From Dehalococcoidia bacterium (GTDB lineage: Bacteria > Chloroflexota > Dehalococcoidia > Lucifugimonadales > UBA3495): a DNA stretch of 41,578 nt. Position numbers and translations under genes: made by a program. Of the stretch, positions 36,746 through 41,578 are shown piece by piece. The notes under the pieces were generated by a model. It saw nothing but the letters and a program-made list of their open reading frames with translations, was not told where the DNA came from and searched no databases. Numbering within the stretch: the stretch's first letter is position 1; every line of letters begins with the position of its first letter. Where the stretch lies: the NCBI GenBank assembly GCA_030740155.1, contig JASLXV010000056.1:1-41578 (forward strand), read 5' to 3'.

Positions 36746-37687
36746 CTACCTGCTGAGCGGCGGCATCCCCGCTTCCCGTCGGGCGTCATTGATGTGCTCC
36801 AGTATCCGCACCCGCAGAGGGGCCAGCTCGTAGCCAAGGTCCGCCAGCATCCGGCTGTTGTCCAATAGGTAGACATGGGGCACGGCCTGGTCGCCCATGG
36901 TGATCTGGGCTTCGGGAATGTAGCTGCGGACGATGTCGGCCATGTCCTGGACGGTGGCCAGGTGTCCCCCGCTGATGTATACCGGGTGATTGAGCCGGTC
37001 GCTGAGGGCGGCCCGGACGAAAATTTCGGCGGCGTCCTCGGCGTGGATCATCGGCGACTTTTCACCCGGGTCAAAGACCATGGAGACCGGCTTGCCCACG
37101 GCGGGCAGTGACATCATCAGGCCGCCGATCATCCCAGTCATCCCGGTCACCCGGCCGTGGCCGAAAACGGTGCAGATGCGGATACCCCGCAGGTCCAGGC
37201 CGTAGCGCTCGGTGTACTTTGCGGCGGCGAAGTCGTTGGCCGACTTGGTCATCCCGTAAACGTTCGCCGGGCTATTCAGGTCCTCCTCGTTGATCAGCCG
37301 CTCGCCGAAGGTCTCCTGGACCCCGAACACGGCGATGGAGCTGGCGTACACCACCCGCTGCACCCCGGTCCATCGGGCCACTTCGAAGACGTTGTTGGTG
37401 CCCAAGATGTTGACCTGCATCGCGTAATGAGGCCGTTCCTCGGTGTCCGGGGGCAGCATGGCGGCCATGTGGATTATCTTGTGAACCTTATGGGTGTTCA
37501 CCGCCTCCAAGAGATGGGGTATCTGGGTGATGTCGCCCCGGTAGAGCTTGATGCGGTCCAGGAAGGGTTGGAGGTTGGCGCGAGGTGGGGCCACGTCGAA
37601 GCAGACCACGTCCTCGCCTCGCTCGACAAGCATGCGGATGATTCGGTTGCCGATGAAGCCGGTGCCGCCGGTGACCATCACGGACAT
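36746..37687 (-). CDS. NAD-dependent epimerase/dehydratase (extended SDR)
   Basis: VTGGTGFIG, HMAA, ASSIAV, YGMTK. Confidence 0.92.
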   Translation of the reverse strand: MSVMVTGGTGFIGNRIIRMLVERGEDVVCFDVAPPRANLQPFLDRIKLYRGDITQIPHLLEAVNTHKVHKIIHMAAMLPPDTEERPHYAMQVNILGTNNVFEVARWTGVQRVVYASSIAVFGVQETFGERLINEEDLNSPANVYGMTKSANDFAAAKYTERYGLDLRGIRICTVFGHGRVTGMTGMIGGLMMSLPAVGKPVSMVFDPGEKSPMIHAEDAAEIFVRAALSDRLNHPVYISGGHLATVQDMADIVRSYIPEAQITMGDQAVPHVYLLDNSRMLADLGYELAPLRVRILEHINDARREAGMPPLSR

Positions 37688-37977
37688 AGAGAGTCCTCCT
37701 GCTAGATGTATTGGCTGAACGGGCTTGGCAGGGGAGATTGAACGTTTCCTCAGAGGTCGCGTCCATCATACAAATATGGGCGCAGGGGTGCAATCCCCAG
37801 CCATCTATCCCGAGACGAGGCCATTCCGTAGGGGTATGGTGAGCTATTTTGAGGTCGATTTCAGTCTTCAGCTGGTTGGCCAAGAGCGCTGCTTTGTGAA
37901 TAGCTTGCCATCAGCGATAATGTTTGACGGTCGATCTCCGCCTTCGTCTTGCTGGCGTTTGCCGGCGTCTTCTACCT

Positions 37978-38042
37978 GTCGTTCCAGCGAAGGCCGGAAT
38001 CCAAAATTCGTTCACTGGGTCCCGGCTTTCGCCGGGATGACG
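37978..38042. repeat. REP-like inverted pair, family of 18261-18339
   Basis: GTCGTTCCAGCGAAGGCCGGAATCCA ... TGGGTCCCGGCTTTCGCCGGGATGACG. Confidence 0.75.
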
Positions 38043-38075
38043 GAGGAGGTATCAAGCCTCATGCAAGACGCTAGC

Positions 38076-38801
38076 CTAGAGCGGCCGTTTAGCCGGCATT
38101 CCAGGGCGTCTGGGGTATTTGGCCGGGGTTGAATACACCTTCTCGAAAGCTACCACCACGCGGCCGCCGGCCAGGCCGGTGACCCGGACCGGATGCACCT
38201 TCTCCAGGCGTCCTCCCAGCAGGTCCAGCGCCGGGGTCGCGCCGGACAGCTCGTCCTCGATGCCGCCGTGCTTCAGCAGCGCCACCCGGCCGCCCAGGCA
38301 ACAGAATGGCAGAGTGTACTCCAGGAGGACCGGTACCGAGGCTACGCCCCGGCTCACCGCCAGGTCGAAGGTCTCCCGCAGCTCGGGCCGGTGGGCCAGC
38401 TCCTCCGCCCGGGCGGTGTGCACCTCGACGCCGGCAAGGCCCAGAGTGGCCACCAGATGCTCCAAGAACCTGGCCTTCTTGCCCACCGACTCTACCAGGG
38501 ACAGCTGGATGTCGGGGAAAACGAGCTTCAAAGGCAGGCCGGGAAACCCAGCGCCCGTCCCCACGTCAACAATCCGGAGCTGCTGGGCCATGCCGCCGGG
38601 GAACGCCAGGCAAACGGTGAGGGAGTCTACAAAATGCCTCGACTGGACTTCAGGGTATCGGGTGATCGAGGTCAGGTTCACCCGCTGGTTCCAGAGGGCC
38701 AGCTCGTGGTGGTACGCCTCGAATTGGTCTAGCTGCCTCGGCGTCAGCGCCAGGCCCAATTGGGCGGCCCCCAGGGCTAGTATCTCCATCCTTTGGGACA
38801 T
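38076..38801 (-). CDS. rsmG: 16S rRNA m7G527 methyltransferase
   Basis: WNQRVNLTSI, HFVDSL, DVGTGAGFPG, RAEE, KYPRRPG. Confidence 0.95.
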   Translation of the reverse strand: MSQRMEILALGAAQLGLALTPRQLDQFEAYHHELALWNQRVNLTSITRYPEVQSRHFVDSLTVCLAFPGGMAQQLRIVDVGTGAGFPGLPLKLVFPDIQLSLVESVGKKARFLEHLVATLGLAGVEVHTARAEELAHRPELRETFDLAVSRGVASVPVLLEYTLPFCCLGGRVALLKHGGIEDELSGATPALDLLGGRLEKVHPVRVTGLAGGRVVVAFEKVYSTPAKYPRRPGMPAKRPL

Positions 38802-39012
38802 TACCGATATTATAACGCCCCTGCCGGCCGCACCGAAGGAGAAATCGATCCGGATGCCGGGGTCCCCGCGTGAGCCGGGAGGGATGTCAAGCTGATTTTC
38901 CTGGATCGAGGCCGATGGCCCGGCCGCTCGACCGAGTCAGATACGGAGAAAGACGGTGAGCATCGTCGAAGCAGCCGCCTCGTGCCCGGCGGGCCGGCGG
39001 GCGCGGCGCGAA

Positions 39013-39041
39013 TTGACAGGGCCGGAGGCGGGCCGTAAAAT
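39013..39041 (+). promoter_or_regulatory. sigma70 promoter
   Basis: TTGACA-17 bp-TAAAAT upstream of the Lrp/AsnC-domain gene. Confidence 0.65.
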
Positions 39042-39149
39042 TAGCCCCATATTGCTTGGGTCACCCCAATTTAACCAACCTGAGTCCCCGGATGACGGTG
39101 GCGGCTAGAGGCCAGGCTCCAACCCTGGACAAGTCTCGGAGGGGTAGGA

Positions 39150-39386
39150 ATGACAACTAGAGCGTATCTGCTGGTGGAGACCGCGGTTGGCAAGACCCGG
39201 GAAGTAGCCGGCACTTTGAAAGGCTTGGAAGGCATAGAGTCGGTAGACGTGGTGACCGGCCCCTACGACATAATAGCGGTGATCGGCGCGGTCGATATGA
39301 CCGTGGTGGGGAACCTGGTTACCGGTCACATCCACACCGTCCCCGGTGTGGTCCGGACGGTTACCTGCGTGGCTGTAGGGTCGTAG
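39150..39386 (+). CDS. Stand-alone Lrp/AsnC ligand-binding (RAM) domain protein
   Basis: AYLLVET.VG, VTGPYDIIA, GVVRTVT; no HTH. Confidence 0.88.
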   Translation: MTTRAYLLVETAVGKTREVAGTLKGLEGIESVDVVTGPYDIIAVIGAVDMTVVGNLVTGHIHTVPGVVRTVTCVAVGS

Positions 39387-39467
39387 GCCTCCCGGGCGGC
39401 TGCCTTCGAGGTCCTCGCCTCGTGTCCCTTGGGTAGCCGCCCCCCATACCTGAACAGGAGAGTCGCC

Positions 39468-40643
39468 GTGGATTTCAAGTTCAGCCCGGAAGACGATACC
39501 TTTCGCCATGACCTCCAGGGTTTTGTCCGGGCCGAACTTCCTCCTGATTGGGAGAGCTTCGACCGGTTCCCTGGCGGACACGATTGGGACCTTACCCGCC
39601 AGATGCGCAAGAAGCTGGCGGACCGGGGCTGGCTCACCATGCACTGGCCGGAGGCCTACGGTGGCCAGGACGCTTCGCCGGTCCGCTCGACCATTTACAA
39701 CGAGGAAATGGCCTACCTGCGGGCCCCGGGCCGGGACATATTCGGGGTTCGGATGCTGGGCCCCACTTTGATGATTCACGGCACTGAGGAGCAGCGGCAG
39801 GCCCATCTTCCCCTGGTCGCCAAGGGTGAGGTTCAGTGGTGCCAGGGGTACAGCGAGCCGGAATCCGGGTCGGACCTGGCATCCCTCAGCACCCGCGCCG
39901 TCCGGGATGGTGACGACTTCGTCATCAACGGCAGCAAGATTTGGACCAGCCTGGCTCATCGGGCGGACTGGATCATGCTGTTGACCCGCACCAACCCCGA
40001 CGCCCCCAAACACCGGGGGATCAGCTTCATTCTGGTGGACATGAAATCTCCGGGCATCGAGGTGCGGCCCATCGGCAACATGGCCGGAGGCCAGGAATTC
40101 AACGAGGTGGTATTCGATAACGTCCGGGTACCTCGCCGGAACGTGGTGGGCGAGGAAGACCGGGGTTGGTACGTGGCGGTGACTCTCCTGGATTTCGAGC
40201 GGTCCGGCATCGACTACTCGGCCGGCGCCCGCCGGTTGCTGGACGACGTGCGGGGATACGCTGCCGAGACCAGGCGCAGCGGCCAGGTTCTGCTGGAGAC
40301 CCCCTGGGTGCGGAACTTGCTTGCCGACCGGTACATCGAATGCGAAGTGGCCCGCCTGATTGCCTATAACGTGGCCTACATGCAGGGCGAAGGGCAGGTG
40401 CCCAACAAAGAGGCTTCCATGAGCAAGGTGTTCGGGAGCGAAACGCAGCACCGGTCGACGGTGGCCGCGGTGGAGATTCTGGGCCCGTACGGAGCGCTGA
40501 AACAGGGCGACCGACTGGCGCCCCTCCGGGGCCAGGTCCCCGAAAACTGGATGATCAGCTTCTCCCACACCATCGCCGCGGGGACCTCCGAAGTGCAGCG
40601 AAACATCATCGCCAGCAGGGGTCTGGGCCTTCCCCGGGGCTGA
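39468..40643 (+). CDS. Acyl-CoA dehydrogenase family protein
   Basis: WCQGYSEPESGSDLASL, NGSKIWTS, FNEVVFDNV, IAAGTSEVQRNII; GTG 39468 after AGGAG. Confidence 0.93.
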   Translation: MDFKFSPEDDTFRHDLQGFVRAELPPDWESFDRFPGGHDWDLTRQMRKKLADRGWLTMHWPEAYGGQDASPVRSTIYNEEMAYLRAPGRDIFGVRMLGPTLMIHGTEEQRQAHLPLVAKGEVQWCQGYSEPESGSDLASLSTRAVRDGDDFVINGSKIWTSLAHRADWIMLLTRTNPDAPKHRGISFILVDMKSPGIEVRPIGNMAGGQEFNEVVFDNVRVPRRNVVGEEDRGWYVAVTLLDFERSGIDYSAGARRLLDDVRGYAAETRRSGQVLLETPWVRNLLADRYIECEVARLIAYNVAYMQGEGQVPNKEASMSKVFGSETQHRSTVAAVEILGPYGALKQGDRLAPLRGQVPENWMISFSHTIAAGTSEVQRNIIASRGLGLPRG

Positions 40644-40805
40644 GGTCCAGCCGGGGCCGGAACCGGCCGCCTCTCGCACCGGGGAGCCGGCCCAACTTCA
40701 GACCCTTCGCGGGGCTTGCCCTGAGTCCCCACGCGGTGGCGGGGCGCCACCGGCGGGTGAAACACTTGCGGCCTTCACCCCGGTTACGTTCAGATCAGCC
40801 GGTTG

Positions 40806-41135
40806 CTAGGCGGCCGCGAAGACTTGAAGCGCCAGGTAGTCCAGGTCCGGAGCCGCTTCCCGGCAGCGGCGCATGATCCGGAAGACCGTCCGCACCGTCA
40901 CCGAGAAACGCGCCGCCGCCTCTTCCACGGTAAGGTCCTCTGATTGCATCGTCGACCAGACCGTCAGGTCGCGGGCCATTCGGCGTTGCCGCTGAAACCA
41001 TTCGGGGTCGTCGTACTTGCATTGGGGCAGGGGACAGTCGAGGCACGACGCCGAAACTTCGCACCCGGTATCCTCGTAGTGGCAGAATTCGGGGACCGAG
41101 TCAACTAGGAAACTGGCCGTTGGCGACATAGACAT
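40806..41135 (-). CDS. Cys4 plus helix-turn-helix protein (putative metal-binding regulator)
   Basis: DTGC-EVSAS-CLDC-PLPQ-C-KYD followed by the HTH-like TVEEAAARFSVTVRTVFRI. Confidence 0.8.
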   Translation of the reverse strand: MSMSPTASFLVDSVPEFCHYEDTGCEVSASCLDCPLPQCKYDDPEWFQRQRRMARDLTVWSTMQSEDLTVEEAAARFSVTVRTVFRIMRRCREAAPDLDYLALQVFAAA

Positions 41136-41146
41136 CTCAATGCTCC

Positions 41147-41203
41147 AAAACAGATGTTCTAATAACCAAGCTCATTATAGAACAGGCGTTCTTAATACGT
41201 CAA
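41147..41203 (-). promoter_or_regulatory. sigma70 promoter with two LexA (SOS) boxes
   Basis: Minus strand TTGACG(41203-41198)-18 bp-TATAAT(41179-41174). AGAAC-AGGC-GTTCT at 41179-41192 lies in the spacer; AAAC-AGAT-GTTCT at 41148-41160 lies downstream. Confidence 0.8.
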
Positions 41204-41220
41204 TACCTTTTCCTGCCAAA

Positions 41221-41249
41221 TTGACGGCTAGTTTCCTCCTTGGTATATT
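41221..41249 (+). promoter_or_regulatory. sigma70 promoter (divergent)
   Basis: TTGACG-17 bp-TATATT. Confidence 0.65.
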
Positions 41250-41263
41250 CCTATACGGTCTGT

Positions 41264-41448
41264 GTCCCGTCCTCTGAGGGATCCACAGGCGCCGCGTTCG
41301 GTCGTCTGACTAGATCCTCGTCAGCAACATTGCAATACTCCTGCACCGGGGCGTTGTTCGCCCGGAGTCTAGCCCGGAGTTTCGCTCGGACTGCTGGAGG
41401 CTGACCGGTAGCATTACCCCGCGGGCCTCCGGGACCCATGGGCGGGAC
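41264..41448 (+). ncRNA. Candidate 185-nt rod-like structured RNA
   Basis: Nested helices 41264-72/41440-48, 41287-96/41420-28, 41299-304/41402-07 and 41338-45/41392-99, plus two apical hairpins. G-U pairs favour the + strand. Confidence 0.4.
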
Positions 41449-41513
41449 GTCAAACCTGAGGCTCCGGACGGCGCCGGGGGTGCCGGGGAGAGCCGGCACT
41501 GGAGGTATCGCCA

Positions 41514-41578
41514 ATGACCGAGTACGAAACGATGACCTACGAGCGCAAAGGCAAGATCGGCTACATCATGTTCAACCG
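41514..41578 (+). CDS. Enoyl-CoA hydratase/isomerase family protein (5' part, runs off window)
   Basis: GGAGG RBS; MTEYETMTYERKGKIGYIMFN resembles the crotonase N-terminus (...I.LNRP). Confidence 0.65.
   Translation, partial: MTEYETMTYERKGKIGYIMFN

Noticed and set aside
36480..36833. 117-aa ORF (MLTIETQLARLVELYRLYRL...)
   Set aside because: Weak GGAG RBS, overlaps the convergent epimerase by 88 nt and has no recognisable motif; cannot be supported, though not excluded.
37725..37975. Lower-GC intergenic stretch as a gene remnant
   Set aside because: Only short broken frames (e.g. LANQLKTEIDLKIA) with no assignable family.

Overview
A GC-rich chromosomal window. Gene content and a GAAC-N4-GTTC LexA box suggest Chloroflexota, probably Dehalococcoidia/SAR202-like (inference). 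In order it holds: a probable IS end abutting a cytochrome c remnant; a minus-strand cluster (GWTDGLP-family protein, UGSC selenoprotein with in-frame UGA plus SECIS-like hairpin, tldD, tldE/pmbA, MFS transporter); a truncated MFS; an interrupted lipoprotein fusing a trypsin-like protease, PPC-like domains and a cyclophilin; CoA-transferase A/B; a tartrate/isopropylmalate-type dehydrogenase; a cobamide salvage operon (cobC-cobQ-cobU-pduX); a DUF5679-like Zn microprotein; a cNMP-binding gene with an in-frame UGA; class IV aminotransferase; SMP-30 lactonase; PAC2, nth, argC and tRNA-Glu; a 35-aa Cys-rich microprotein; ybeY-dnaX-ybaB-orf-recR-recO-accC-accB; a corrinoid protein plus UroD-family protein convergent with metF; an epimerase, rsmG, a stand-alone Lrp/AsnC domain and an acyl-CoA dehydrogenase; and a Cys4-HTH gene with LexA boxes in its promoter. 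Several promoter-proximal, long, structured intergenic RNAs are unexplained. Several REP-like palindrome families are scattered between genes. No CRISPR array, rRNA or intact transposase is visible. All family calls come from motif recognition by eye, not database searches.
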